Shown piece after piece: positions 39,247-49,813 of a stretch of 64,000 nucleotides of DNA; position 1 is the stretch's first letter, and every line of letters starts with the position of its first letter. Under the pieces are notes generated by a model that was given only the letters and a program-made list of their open reading frames with translations, was not told where the DNA came from and did not search any database. Both the position numbers and the translations under genes were made by a program. The stretch comes from Clostridium sp. (GTDB lineage Bacteria; Bacillota; Clostridia; Clostridiales; Clostridiaceae), in assembly GCF_036660475.1 (NCBI RefSeq), contig NZ_JAVXAO010000001.1, positions 38,257 to 102,256 on the forward strand. Direction: 5' to 3'.

Positions 39247-42228
39247 ATGGAAAATATAAATAATATGATTAAAAGATACTATACTAAAGAACTTGAAACC
39301 AATAAAGACCTTACTGTATATGACTTATTTAAGTGGAAAAAAGTTGATGTAGTACTTAAGGATTATAAAAAAGGTACCGTACTTGTGGATATGCATGACT
39401 TAGAATTTCCCGTGGATTATTCTCAAAATGCTTGTGACATAATTGCGTCTAAATATTTTAAAAGAGCTCTAGTTCCTAACGAAGTTGGATATGAAAACAG
39501 CCTTAAAATGGTTGCACACAGACTAGTTAATTTTTGGTGTGAATCATTAAAAGATGAAGGCTTAATAACAACTGAAGAAGAGTTTACAATACTATATGAT
39601 GAATTAGTTTATTGTTTCTTAAATCAAATGTATGCCCCAAACTCTCCACAATGGTTTAACACTGGACTTAAACTTTCTTATGATATTGCTGGTGAGCATC
39701 AAGGTCATTTCTATTATGACGAAAAAATAGAAGAAGTTGTTAAAGCTGTGGATAACTATACTAGAACTCAAGCTTCGGCTTGCTTCATACTTTCTATAGA
39801 AGATAAACTTCTAGGAGCTCACTCAATTTCTGAGCAATATGTAACTGAGACTAAACTATTTAAAGGTGGTTCTGGATGTGGAACTAACTATTCATCTCTT
39901 AGAGCTAAGAATGAACATCTTTCTGCTGGTGGAATGTCTTCTGGAGTTATGAGTTTCTTAAAAGGCTTTGATAGAAATGCAGGAACAATTAAATCTGGTG
40001 GTACTACAAGACGTGCTGCTAAGATGGTTTGTCTTGATATAGATCACCCTGAAATTTCTGAATTCATAAATTGGAAAGCTAGAGAAGAAGATAAAGTTCG
40101 TGCCCTAGGAAAAATGGGATATGATGCTTCCTTTGAAGGTGAAGCTTATGAAACTGTTTCAGGCCAAAATGGTAACAACTCAATAAGATTTAGTGATGAA
40201 TTTATGAGTAAGGTTGAAAACCTATCTGAGAATCCTGATGAAGTTTTAACTTTAAAAGGAAGAATAGACGAAAGTATCAATAAAGATGTTAAGGTAAGTG
40301 AGCTTTGGGATGATTTTAACTTAGCTTCATGGCAATGTGCAGACCCTGCTCCTCAATTTGACGATACCTTCAACGCTTGGCATACATGCCCAGGTGGCGA
40401 AGATGGAGAACTTGGAGCAAAGCATAATAGATTAAATTCTACTAACCCTTGTGGTGAGTATGCTTTCCTTGATGATACATCTTGTAACCTAGCTTCAATT
40501 AATATATATAAATTCTACGATAAAGATCGTAAAGTATTTGATTTAGATGGATATGTTCACATGGTATCCCTTCTACAACTTATGCTAGAATCTTCTGTTC
40601 ACTGGGGTCAATTCCCTACAGAGGACATTGCAAGAAAGACTTACTTATTTAGAACTACAGGTCTTGGAATTGCAAACTTAGCATCCCTATTAATGGTAAT
40701 GGGATATGCTTATGACTCTGAAGAATCAAGAGCTCTAACAGCTGGTCTTATCGGTGTACTTACAGGAGTTTCTTATGCTACTTCTGCTCGTATGGCTGAA
40801 AAAGTAGGCCCTTTTGAAAAGTATGAAATAAATAAGGATTCAATGTTAAAAGTTATAAGAAACCATGCAAGAGTTGCTGGTGCTTTAGATAGTGATTATG
40901 AAGATTTACACTATGCTCCAATTAAAGTTGCTCATGAAATTCTTGAGAGAGAAGAAGCAACTGAGTTATCTAGCCTTCTAAAAGAAGTTTGGTCAGAAGC
41001 TATATCTCTAGGTGAACAATTTGGTTATAGAAATGCACAGGTATCAGTTATTGCTCCAACAGGAACAATCTCTTTTGCCATGGACTGTGGTGCTACTTCT
41101 ATAGAGCCATATTTCTCACACTTTATATACAAGAAATTATCTGGTGGAGGATTTATGACTATCGTAAATCCAATAATTCAAGATGCACTTGCAAACCTTG
41201 GATACAATGAAGAAGAAATTAAAGATATTGTTGACTATATCTTAAGAAAAGAAATGGTTAATGAAAATGGATATGAATATGAAAAAATTGTAGATGGTAA
41301 AATTGAAGGTGCTCCACACCTTAAGCCAGAGCATATCCATATATTTGATACTGCAAACAAGTGTGGAAGTGGTGAAAGATATATCATGCCAATGGGTCAT
41401 GTTCTAATGATGTCTGCCATTACTCCATTAATTTCTGGTTCAGTTTCAAAAACAGTAAACCTTCCTAAGAACGCTACTGTAGAAGATTTTAAAAAGGTAG
41501 TTATGGATTCTTGGAAACTTGGAGTTAAAGGTATTTCTCTTTATAGAGATGGATGTAAGGCTAGTCAACCTCTAAATACTGTGTTAGAAGAAGAAAACGA
41601 TGCTGATTTAGAACAACTGACTTATCAGCAACTTTTAGAAACAGCTAAGAAGTTACAACAGCACTCTAACGTCTCTACTAGAGAAAAACCTATGGGTATT
41701 AGAGTTGGAACAACTCACCCTGCTCAAATAGATGATGTTAAAATCTATACAACTGTAAATAGAAGAGCTAATGGTGATATTTCTGAAATTTATATAACAA
41801 CTGATAGAGAAGGTACTATTATAACTGGACTTTTAAACTCTCTTTCAAAATCAATATCTGTAATGCTTCAATACCATGTTCCAGCAGCAGACATTGCTAA
41901 AATGCTTAGAGGTCAAAAATATGAGCCATATGGCTTTGTTCAAAAGCACCCATACATTAAGAGTGTTAGTTCAATCTCAGACTTAATAAGTAAGGTAATT
42001 GATATTGAACTTGGAGATTACTCTCGTTGCCAAATCAAACCTGACCTGAATGAAGTTACAACATACAGAAGCCGTAACACTGAAGTATCTGTAACTATAG
42101 ATACAACTGAAATTGTAGGAGAACGTATCTACTCTGAAACTTGTTCAACTTGTTCAAGTACAAAACTTGTGAAGAATGGTACTTGTAAGGTTTGTCAAGA
42201 TTGTGGTACTACAACTGGATGTAGCTAA
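39247..42228 (+). CDS. nrdJ: Adenosylcobalamin-dependent (class II) ribonucleotide reductase
   Basis: 993 aa. N-terminal YSQNACDIIASKYF, the NPCGEY active-site Cys loop and a C-terminal Cys-rich tail CSTCSS...CKVCQDCG. Confidence 0.9.
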   Translation: MENINNMIKRYYTKELETNKDLTVYDLFKWKKVDVVLKDYKKGTVLVDMHDLEFPVDYSQNACDIIASKYFKRALVPNEVGYENSLKMVAHRLVNFWCESLKDEGLITTEEEFTILYDELVYCFLNQMYAPNSPQWFNTGLKLSYDIAGEHQGHFYYDEKIEEVVKAVDNYTRTQASACFILSIEDKLLGAHSISEQYVTETKLFKGGSGCGTNYSSLRAKNEHLSAGGMSSGVMSFLKGFDRNAGTIKSGGTTRRAAKMVCLDIDHPEISEFINWKAREEDKVRALGKMGYDASFEGEAYETVSGQNGNNSIRFSDEFMSKVENLSENPDEVLTLKGRIDESINKDVKVSELWDDFNLASWQCADPAPQFDDTFNAWHTCPGGEDGELGAKHNRLNSTNPCGEYAFLDDTSCNLASINIYKFYDKDRKVFDLDGYVHMVSLLQLMLESSVHWGQFPTEDIARKTYLFRTTGLGIANLASLLMVMGYAYDSEESRALTAGLIGVLTGVSYATSARMAEKVGPFEKYEINKDSMLKVIRNHARVAGALDSDYEDLHYAPIKVAHEILEREEATELSSLLKEVWSEAISLGEQFGYRNAQVSVIAPTGTISFAMDCGATSIEPYFSHFIYKKLSGGGFMTIVNPIIQDALANLGYNEEEIKDIVDYILRKEMVNENGYEYEKIVDGKIEGAPHLKPEHIHIFDTANKCGSGERYIMPMGHVLMMSAITPLISGSVSKTVNLPKNATVEDFKKVVMDSWKLGVKGISLYRDGCKASQPLNTVLEEENDADLEQLTYQQLLETAKKLQQHSNVSTREKPMGIRVGTTHPAQIDDVKIYTTVNRRANGDISEIYITTDREGTIITGLLNSLSKSISVMLQYHVPAADIAKMLRGQKYEPYGFVQKHPYIKSVSSISDLISKVIDIELGDYSRCQIKPDLNEVTTYRSRNTEVSVTIDTTEIVGERIYSETCSTCSSTKLVKNGTCKVCQDCGTTTGCS

Positions 42229-42249
42229 AATAATATAGCTTAAAAATTA

Positions 42250-42291
42250 GTGGTAGTAGAAAGATTTACATATAAATCTTTCTACTACCAC
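42250..42291 (+). terminator. Terminator of nrdJ
   Basis: Perfect 18-bp stem gtggtagtagaaagattt/aaatctttctactaccac followed by tttatta. Confidence 0.7.
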
Positions 42292-42336
42292 TTTATTATA
42301 TTTATGTTATAATTTGTTACAAGGAGTTGAATCCAT

Positions 42337-42735
42337 ATGTATGAGTCTCTAAGTGCTTTAATAATATTTTTATTCTTATGTCTTCTTCCTATAATTTATA
42401 TCACAACTTTTTCATTTATTAAATCAAAATCTAATAAAAACTTTGGTAATGAATTCATAAGTTCATCACCAACTCCTAACCGATACACTCTACGTGATAT
42501 GCGCAATCTGGCTTTTTCAAACAAATACCCCTCTAGCACATGCTCAAAGATAAAAATCATCTGGTTAATACAAATAATATTTCTTATATCTGGCATCATT
42601 TTCTTAATACTAAATCTCACACACTTAATTAACACTAAAAACATAGGTCTTGTACCAATAATTATACTTTCCATTAACCCTATTAGTAACAAGCTAATAG
42701 AAAAAATTTTAGAAAAAGAGTCTGTCTCAAAATGA
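42337..42735 (+). CDS. Hypothetical membrane protein
   Basis: RBS aaggag, 3 TM segments. Confidence 0.5.
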   Translation: MYESLSALIIFLFLCLLPIIYITTFSFIKSKSNKNFGNEFISSSPTPNRYTLRDMRNLAFSNKYPSSTCSKIKIIWLIQIIFLISGIIFLILNLTHLINTKNIGLVPIIILSINPISNKLIEKILEKESVSK

Positions 42736-42757
42736 TTAACTCATATTTTATCTGAAT

Positions 42758-42804
42758 GTTGAAAGTGGACTTAACCATTATTTAATATAAGTCCACTTTC
42801 AACA
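42758..42804. terminator. Bidirectional terminator
   Basis: gttgaaagtggactta ... taagtccactttcaac. Confidence 0.65.
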
Positions 42805-42854
42805 CAAGTTAAAACATATTCAATTTTTGTACAGCCTCTTTCTTTAAGTCACTT

Positions 42855-44285
42855 CTACTTATTACCTTTAAGCAATGCCTCTACCTGATCTGTCCAGTAC
42901 CCAACATACTCTCCCATTGCCCACTCCGCCATAATTATAGTTTCATAAGCCTCTAAAGGTATAGTAATCTCAGGTTCTTTTTCTAGAACATTGTTATTAA
43001 TTTTATACACGTGTAAATTAGACTTAGTTTTTATTATAGCCATATTTTTATTAGGTGAAGAGATTGCATCTATTGCTGATGGTACCTCTTTTTTTATTCC
43101 TTGCCATGGAATAAATAATTCATCATGTCTTGCTATATTCTTTGATACTCTTAACGGAATTTCAACATTTCTAGATTTTTTAATTCCCTGGCCCTCTTCT
43201 AGCATTTTATCAACTGTACTATTTTTATTGCCTAGGGTAAAAAAACACCATCTTCCCTGAGTTCTTTCTATTGCATAGTTTGTAAATCTATTTATATTTT
43301 CAATATATATATCACTCGAATTGTTTGGACTAGTTATAATTAAATCCGTTATCGATTTTTGTTCACTTATTTTACCCAAATCAATTGGTGAATTCTCTTT
43401 GCTCGTATTCATATCTATTAAAAATGTATTTAACCACTCATTGCTATAATTTGATTCCCTTACTACACTTCTCACGCTCATGTAATCATTCCCAATAAAT
43501 GTTATGTCAGACTCAACATTTTTATCAAATTGATTCTCCTTATTTACTTCTTCCATAACATTTCCACCTAAAGGTTTAAGCTCTATATTGTCATAATGCC
43601 AACCTTCATTATAAATCCGTTTATTATCTACTTTAAAAAAACCACTCTTCCTTGGCAGTAAAATATATGGCAGTTCCTTACTTTCAATAGTTCCATCATG
43701 ATAAGTTATCCATAAGGTTTTATAATTGGTACCCTCATCTCCAGGTGCCTTAAATCCTAGCAGTACACCACTACTAACTTCATGTCCAGCTTCTTCCTTA
43801 TTTTCGTAATATATATCATTAATATTTTCCATAGGAATATCACTGATTTTCTCTAGTTTAAGTATAATTTCACCCTGAACTATTAATATATAATCATCTA
43901 CAACAATAATTTCATTTAAATATATATTATTTGAGCTTATTGTTACAATAATTATTTCTTCTTGATCTATATTTAAATACTTTGGAATTAATCCTAATGT
44001 TTTATAAGTATACTCTTCTCCGTCAACAACCTTTGCCTTATATTTTATGTCATTGTACACATCACCAAACATAAGTATCTCTTCGCTACCAAAGCTTGCC
44101 ACGCTTCCAATGAGATCACAGTTTAAAACTTCATCTTCATTTACCGGCATATATTCTTTAACCCGCCACTGACCTTCTATGATAGTTTTTGTATTAGGAC
44201 TCTGTATTTCAATATTAAAGCTACCACACCCTGTAATAATAACCGTAATCATAATTATAAGAATTATACTTATCATTCTCTTCAT
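42855..44285 (-). CDS. Large lipoprotein of unknown function, co-transcribed with the two-component system
   Basis: Lipobox IITGC. The start overlaps the kinase stop by 4 nt (ATGA). Confidence 0.6.
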   Translation of the reverse strand: MKRMISIILIIMITVIITGCGSFNIEIQSPNTKTIIEGQWRVKEYMPVNEDEVLNCDLIGSVASFGSEEILMFGDVYNDIKYKAKVVDGEEYTYKTLGLIPKYLNIDQEEIIIVTISSNNIYLNEIIVVDDYILIVQGEIILKLEKISDIPMENINDIYYENKEEAGHEVSSGVLLGFKAPGDEGTNYKTLWITYHDGTIESKELPYILLPRKSGFFKVDNKRIYNEGWHYDNIELKPLGGNVMEEVNKENQFDKNVESDITFIGNDYMSVRSVVRESNYSNEWLNTFLIDMNTSKENSPIDLGKISEQKSITDLIITSPNNSSDIYIENINRFTNYAIERTQGRWCFFTLGNKNSTVDKMLEEGQGIKKSRNVEIPLRVSKNIARHDELFIPWQGIKKEVPSAIDAISSPNKNMAIIKTKSNLHVYKINNNVLEKEPEITIPLEAYETIIMAEWAMGEYVGYWTDQVEALLKGNK

Positions 44286-45679
44286 ACTGAGCCACCTCCT
44301 GGAAGGAGAATAGTTACCTTAGTACCTTTATTTAAGGCACTCTCTACATATAATTTCCCCTCATGTAATGCTACAATTTCATCGCATATAGAAAGTCCTA
44401 TGCCATTGCTAGAATTTATATTTATTCCCTTATAAAACTTCTCCTTTATATGTGGTAAATCTTTTTGTGAAATCCCATATCCATTATCTTCAATCTCTAT
44501 CTTCAAATACTTGCTATCATTTGTTAAGTTAACTTTTATCAAAGAGTTATTCGGCGAAAATTTTATAGAATTATCTAATATATTTATTAAAACTTGCTTC
44601 ATTCTATTTTTATCAACCTGTACCATTGAAGTAGCAGGCTTGATTACTTCGATATTAATACCACGACTTGAAACTCTTGGATTTAACTGCTTTATTATAC
44701 TTTCAATAAGTTCGCTAATATCTAAAGGTTCCTTTCTAAGAGTTGTCTTTCCTGATATTAACTTTGAGAAATCTAATAATTCCTCCACTAAATATGTAAG
44801 TCTTTCAACTTCTTCCTCAATAATCTTAAGTCCATCTCTTACCTCTTCCTTATCCTCTAAATCGGAGGATTCCAGAACTATTGCCCACCCTTTTATAGAT
44901 GTCAGTGGAGTCCGTAATTCATGAGATATAGAAGAAATAAATTCATTCTTTAGTCTTTCATTCTTAAGAATCTCTTCGGACATATAATTTAAAGTGTCTG
45001 CAAGTTTTCCTATTTCATCCTTAGAATACTTCGGTATATGCTCGGTAAAATTACCCTTAGCCATCTTCTCTGCACCTATACACACTTGATTTAGAGGTTT
45101 CATTATACTTGAAGATATAAACAAACTCACCGTTGAAGAAACTAGAATTACTACTCCCCCTAGCCATATTATCATCATTAGTATAGAGTCAACACTCTTA
45201 TCTACTCCCACTGTAGATGATGTAAATCTTAAAGCTCCACATATAGCTGTGTCATAATAAAGTGGATAGGCTACACTTATAGTGTTTTCACTTGTATGAA
45301 TACCTTGATGTATGGCTGCTTCTGCAGAGTTACGTCCCTCAAGTGCTTCCTTAACTTCCTTTGTTAACAGCTTACTCTTTGGTATATCACCTGAGGAATC
45401 CATAATAACCTTACCCTCTAAATTAATTATTTGAACAGTACAATCTGTATTACTCCAAAACATATCTACATTATTAAAAATATTTTGCTCTAAGGAATTT
45501 GATGATAGATATGTATTATAAAAATCAGCCGAAATCTTAACCTGTCCGTATATATTGCTCTTTAAACTACTATAGTAGTATCCCTTAATAATTACATACC
45601 CCATAATTTGTATAGTTATAACGGTTATTATTATAATCACTATATAACTATTTGATATCTTCTTTTTAATGGACTTCAC
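44282..45679 (-). CDS. Sensor histidine kinase (2 TM, HAMP, HisKA, HATPase_c)
   Basis: H-box SHELRTPLTSI, N-box NILDNSIKF, G-boxes DNGYGI and GIGLSI. GTG start directly follows the RR stop. Confidence 0.9.
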   Translation of the reverse strand: MKSIKKKISNSYIVIIIITVITIQIMGYVIIKGYYYSSLKSNIYGQVKISADFYNTYLSSNSLEQNIFNNVDMFWSNTDCTVQIINLEGKVIMDSSGDIPKSKLLTKEVKEALEGRNSAEAAIHQGIHTSENTISVAYPLYYDTAICGALRFTSSTVGVDKSVDSILMMIIWLGGVVILVSSTVSLFISSSIMKPLNQVCIGAEKMAKGNFTEHIPKYSKDEIGKLADTLNYMSEEILKNERLKNEFISSISHELRTPLTSIKGWAIVLESSDLEDKEEVRDGLKIIEEEVERLTYLVEELLDFSKLISGKTTLRKEPLDISELIESIIKQLNPRVSSRGINIEVIKPATSMVQVDKNRMKQVLINILDNSIKFSPNNSLIKVNLTNDSKYLKIEIEDNGYGISQKDLPHIKEKFYKGININSSNGIGLSICDEIVALHEGKLYVESALNKGTKVTILLPGGGSV

Positions 45680-46366
45680 TTAGCTTTCCCTCCATTTATA
45701 TCCTGTACCCCATACAGTTTCAATATATTTAGGCTTAGAAGAATTATCTTCAATCTTACTTCTAATCCTTCTTATATTTACATCTATAATTTTATTTTCA
45801 CCTATATAATTGTAACCCCAAACCATATCCAAAAGCTCATCTCTGCTAAAAGCTCTATTGGGATTTTCTATAAACATCTTCATAATTAAATATTCTTTTG
45901 GCGTAAACTCAATCTCATCATTATTTTTATACACAGTTTTGCTATTTAAATCTATTCTAAATACTCCTGAAATTAAATCTCTCCCCCTAAGATTATCCCC
46001 TAAATTCATTCTTCTAAGTAATGATTTCACTATGGCTAAAAGTTCTAGTGGATTAAAAGGTTTAATTATGTAATGATCTGCCCCAAACTCTAAACCCATG
46101 ATTTTATCAGTATCTTGAGCCCTAGCTGTAAGCATAATTATACCTATTTGGGGATAATTCTTTTTAAGAAATTCACACACCTGATATCCATCAATACCCG
46201 GTAGCATAATATCAAGAATCACAATATCAGGACTCTCTTTTGCCACTTCCTCAATACCTAACTCTCCATTTTCAGCTTCTATCACCTCAAAGCCTTCTCT
46301 TTTAAGACTTATATTAACAAATTTTCTTATATGTTTTTCATCTTCGATTAATAATATTTTACTCAA
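45680..46366 (-). CDS. OmpR-family response regulator
   Basis: Receiver domain (LLIEDE, DIVILDIMLPGIDG, K in IIKPF) plus winged helix (TVWGTGYKW). I prefer the TTG at 46366, 8 nt after GGAGG and giving MSKILLIEDE. The track ORF extends to 46459. Confidence 0.85.
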   Translation of the reverse strand: MSKILLIEDEKHIRKFVNISLKREGFEVIEAENGELGIEEVAKESPDIVILDIMLPGIDGYQVCEFLKKNYPQIGIIMLTARAQDTDKIMGLEFGADHYIIKPFNPLELLAIVKSLLRRMNLGDNLRGRDLISGVFRIDLNSKTVYKNNDEIEFTPKEYLIMKMFIENPNRAFSRDELLDMVWGYNYIGENKIIDVNIRRIRSKIEDNSSKPKYIETVWGTGYKWRES

Positions 46367-46572
46367 ATTTCTAACCTCCATTCCACAAAAGGGACTATCC
46401 CATAATTTCGTATGTCTTATACCAGTGCTGTAGCTTTTGTGTAACATTAACTCCAACACAGCTTTAAAACATATTCCATCATTGAAGACAGTCCCATTAA
46501 TTTTGCTGCTTGTATATTAAATTTTTATTCAATATTCACCAAATTTGATGCTCACATCTTCTCCTAAGTGAA

Positions 46573-46908
46573 TTATTTATCCTCGTCAATTTCCTCAAAC
46601 TCTTCCACATCTATAATTGTAGCATCACTATAATCTATATCTACTTTTTCAACAGAAGCCTCATAGTTATCAGTCTTAACCTGATCCTTATCATGGGTAG
46701 TATAATATTCTTTAGTCTCTTTTTTAATTTTATGTTTGAAGTACATTATAGAAAGGGTTATTGTAATAACAATGGCTAAAATAATCCACATTATACCCCT
46801 AAATACAAATCCAACTACCCCCAAAATTAATGGAGAGAATAAAAATAAAGCTACACATACAATAATAATCTTAATTAATGTTTTCATCTCAATACTATTC
46901 ATAAACAT
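46573..46908 (-). CDS. Small 2-TM protein with acidic C-terminal tail
   Basis: RBS aaaggag. No family recognised. Confidence 0.5.
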   Translation of the reverse strand: MFMNSIEMKTLIKIIIVCVALFLFSPLILGVVGFVFRGIMWIILAIVITITLSIMYFKHKIKKETKEYYTTHDKDQVKTDNYEASVEKVDIDYSDATIIDVEEFEEIDEDK

Positions 46909-47079
46909 TATTCTCCTTTTACACTTTTAATTTTACTCCCAATATATTAACATACTGGGTATATCAATACCCTATTATAAGGATACTTTAATTCTACCAC
47001 AATTTTTTCAAGTTATTATTATGATAAATTATCATCTCATAACTTACTTAATTTATTTTTAATTAAAAATGGGTAATTT

Positions 47080-47817
47080 TTAAAATCCACCCTTAACATT
47101 TAAAATTTCACCTGTAATATAACTACTTTCCTCACTTGCTAAAAACACAGCAGCCCTTCCAATTTCTGAAACATATCCGAATCTACCCATTGGTATTTCT
47201 AAGGTAAGTTCTGCTCTCTCCTCTTCATTCATCCAATTGTTCATCTTAGTTTCTATAACTCCTGGTGCAATGGCATTTACCCTTATGTTACTAGGAGCCA
47301 GTTCCTTAGCTAAAGCCTTAGTAAATGAATTCATGGCACCCTTTGATGCAGAATATATAACCTCACATGATGCACCTTGCTCTCCCCACATAGAGGATAT
47401 ATTAATTATATTCCCTTCTTGTCTAGAAATCATGTGCTTTACTACAGAATTTGTAGTATTGAATACAGATTTAAAATTAATGGACATGATTTCATCAAAA
47501 TCCTTCTCATTTAAATCCATAAAAAGTCCCACTTTAGAAATTGCTGCATTATTTATCAAAACATCTATTTTCCCAAGTTTATCTATTGTATCAGCTATTA
47601 AACTCTTGGAAAAATTATAATCGCTTACGTCACCTTTAACAATACTGCAATAATTTCCAAGGGATTTTATTTCTTCCAAAGTCTCTATTGCACTATCATC
47701 GTCATTTAAGTAATTTAATACCAGCATAGCTCCAGCCTTAGCAAACTCTAAAGCTATCCCCTTACCTATGCCACGAGTTCCACCAGTAATTATCACAACT
47801 TTACCTTTTAGTTTCAT
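47080..47817 (-). CDS. Short-chain dehydrogenase/reductase (3-oxoacyl-ACP reductase-like)
   Basis: TGGTRGIGKG cofactor motif and the catalytic YSASKGA. Confidence 0.85.
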   Translation of the reverse strand: MKLKGKVVIITGGTRGIGKGIALEFAKAGAMLVLNYLNDDDSAIETLEEIKSLGNYCSIVKGDVSDYNFSKSLIADTIDKLGKIDVLINNAAISKVGLFMDLNEKDFDEIMSINFKSVFNTTNSVVKHMISRQEGNIINISSMWGEQGASCEVIYSASKGAMNSFTKALAKELAPSNIRVNAIAPGVIETKMNNWMNEEERAELTLEIPMGRFGYVSEIGRAAVFLASEESSYITGEILNVKGGF

Positions 47818-47872
47818 ATCTTACCTCTTTAATATATTTTCGCTTTTTAATTTTCCAACACTATATCTCATC

Positions 47873-47916
47873 CTAAAATTTAAATTTTAAATCTTAAATT
47901 TTAAATTATCTAAATC
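47873..47916. repeat. 7-bp-period tandem repeat
   Basis: ctaaaat ttaaatt ttaaatc ttaaatt ttaaatt atctaaa. Confidence 0.8.
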
Positions 47917-48003
47917 ATTTGTCTGTAAATACTAAATACTCTTTATTATTATATCATATTATGGTATGATATTCATGATTAAATGGCAAAGGAGGTGTTT
48001 TTA

Positions 48004-48174
48004 ATGTCATACAAAATATTAGATACTTGCATATCTTGCGGAGCTTGCGAAAGCGAATGCCCAGTTAGCTGCATAAGTGCAGGAGATGGATTATATGTTA
48101 TCGATGAAAACACTTGTATCGAGTGCGGTGCTTGTGCTAGCGTTTGCCCAGTAAGCGCTCCAGTTCAAGACTAA
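48004..48174 (+). CDS. Clostridial-type 2x[4Fe-4S] ferredoxin (56 aa)
   Basis: CISCGACESECP and CIECGACASVCP motifs. ATG 48004 lies 8 nt after aaaggagg, so the track start 47983 would include the RBS. Confidence 0.9.
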   Translation: MSYKILDTCISCGACESECPVSCISAGDGLYVIDENTCIECGACASVCPVSAPVQD

Positions 48175-48196
48175 TTGAACATAAAGATAAAGAATT

Positions 48197-48246
48197 AGCT
48201 GTTGAAGAATGATTTTTAATCATTCTTCAACAGCTTTTTCTTTTTA
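48197..48246 (+). terminator. Terminator of the ferredoxin gene
   Basis: agctgttgaagaatgat ... atcattcttcaacagct followed by ttttcttttt. Confidence 0.75.
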
Positions 48247-48397
48247 GCATTTACATATTTTTAAACTACTACTTTAAAATGAACTTTTATATTACTTGAG
48301 CCTGTAACTTAAATACACATTCTAAGAACCTAATTAATTTTAAAATCAACATATCAAAACTTTGACATTTCCGCATATTAAATTGAGGTTATTAAAT

Positions 48398-49753
48398 TTA
48401 TCTAATCACCTTAATTGCAGTTGTATCATTAATAAATATCAATCCATCATAACCTTTTATGGGTACCTCTATGCTATAATATTCTTCTTCATATCCGTTA
48501 TATCCAGCTATATTATGCATTATTCTTGAAGCTGATAATATTTTATTGATTTTTTTATCCTGTGAAGCTGAATTAAGATCTAAAAAACTAATTTGATTTT
48601 CAGTAACCTTAAATACATTTGAGAATAATTTTGGATTTCCCTCCGGAATACTATAATTTTTATAAATTTTACTTACTATGGATCCATTCTCTGCTGGCAA
48701 TGCTGCAAACTCACCTTGATGAAATTCAATTCCTATAGAATAATATTTATCTTTGAACATCTCACTTAACTGTGCTCCCACAGTCTTATACTTAGTTGAG
48801 TCCTTACTTACATAACTATTATTTGCCCATATCATGACTTTATTATTTCCTTGTTTACCTTCATGTTCTAAAATCCACTTAACATTTTCAGCCATATACT
48901 TTCCTAATGTGTTTATTCCATCTTCTCTACTATGTTCCACACTATTATATATAGCAAAATCTACACATTGAATAATTACCTGTGCCTGATGAAGTATTTC
49001 ATCATACTCTTCCTCAGAGGTCCTGGAAATAAATATATCTCTCTTTTCTTTTACTATACTAATCAGTTCTTCAGCCTTACTCTTATGCTCTTTTAACTCA
49101 CTTGGATCCATCATGTATAAATTATCATTTTTTAATGCTTTTAACTTTATATCAAACGCCTTATACATTTCTTCATCATTAACTTGTAAATATTTTAATA
49201 CATCTCTTGTATTTTGAGAAACTTGGGAAGAATAAATACCATAAAATTTGATTTTTTCCTTATTACTAGGATTCTCATTATATTCTCTCATCCAATTAAC
49301 TAATGCCAAAGATTCCTCCGCTGACCAAGAAAATAGCACAGCAATTTTCATAACTTTTATTACTTCTTCTGCAGTTCCCGTTCCATTTACTATATAATCA
49401 TTAATAGTTTTTGCTTGTCCATATTCTCCGTCAATAGCAAAAACCCTGTAACCCATCTCTTCAACTAAAAATTGAAACATGCGATGTTTAACTTTAAAAA
49501 ATTCGCTAGTTCCATAGGTTGATCCCCCCATCGCTACAATCTGCTTATCCTTTAACACTTCTTTAAGAGGCTCCAAATCCTTAAAGTCACTTCCAGGCTC
49601 TACAGTACTTAAAGGCACTATCCTACTCTTCAAAACCTGTGCTACTTCTGCATTACTAAGTTTTTGAAAAAACAATTTATAAACTCCAAACATTACAATT
49701 ATCACAATGACAACAGTACCAATAACTATTAAAGCATTTTTCTTTTTATCCAT
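48398..49753 (-). CDS. Erythromycin-esterase-family protein with N-terminal membrane anchor
   Basis: The pattern GGSTYGTSEFFKVKHRMFQFLVEEMGYRVFAIDGEYG is typical of the Ere/ChaN-like superfamily. TM at residues 8-28. Confidence 0.7.
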   Translation of the reverse strand: MDKKKNALIVIGTVVIVIIVMFGVYKLFFQKLSNAEVAQVLKSRIVPLSTVEPGSDFKDLEPLKEVLKDKQIVAMGGSTYGTSEFFKVKHRMFQFLVEEMGYRVFAIDGEYGQAKTINDYIVNGTGTAEEVIKVMKIAVLFSWSAEESLALVNWMREYNENPSNKEKIKFYGIYSSQVSQNTRDVLKYLQVNDEEMYKAFDIKLKALKNDNLYMMDPSELKEHKSKAEELISIVKEKRDIFISRTSEEEYDEILHQAQVIIQCVDFAIYNSVEHSREDGINTLGKYMAENVKWILEHEGKQGNNKVMIWANNSYVSKDSTKYKTVGAQLSEMFKDKYYSIGIEFHQGEFAALPAENGSIVSKIYKNYSIPEGNPKLFSNVFKVTENQISFLDLNSASQDKKINKILSASRIMHNIAGYNGYEEEYYSIEVPIKGYDGLIFINDTTAIKVIR

Positions 49754-49813
49754 ATATACTCACCCCAATTATAAATAGATTTCACTTTAAAACCCTTTGT
49801 TTCATAATCTATA

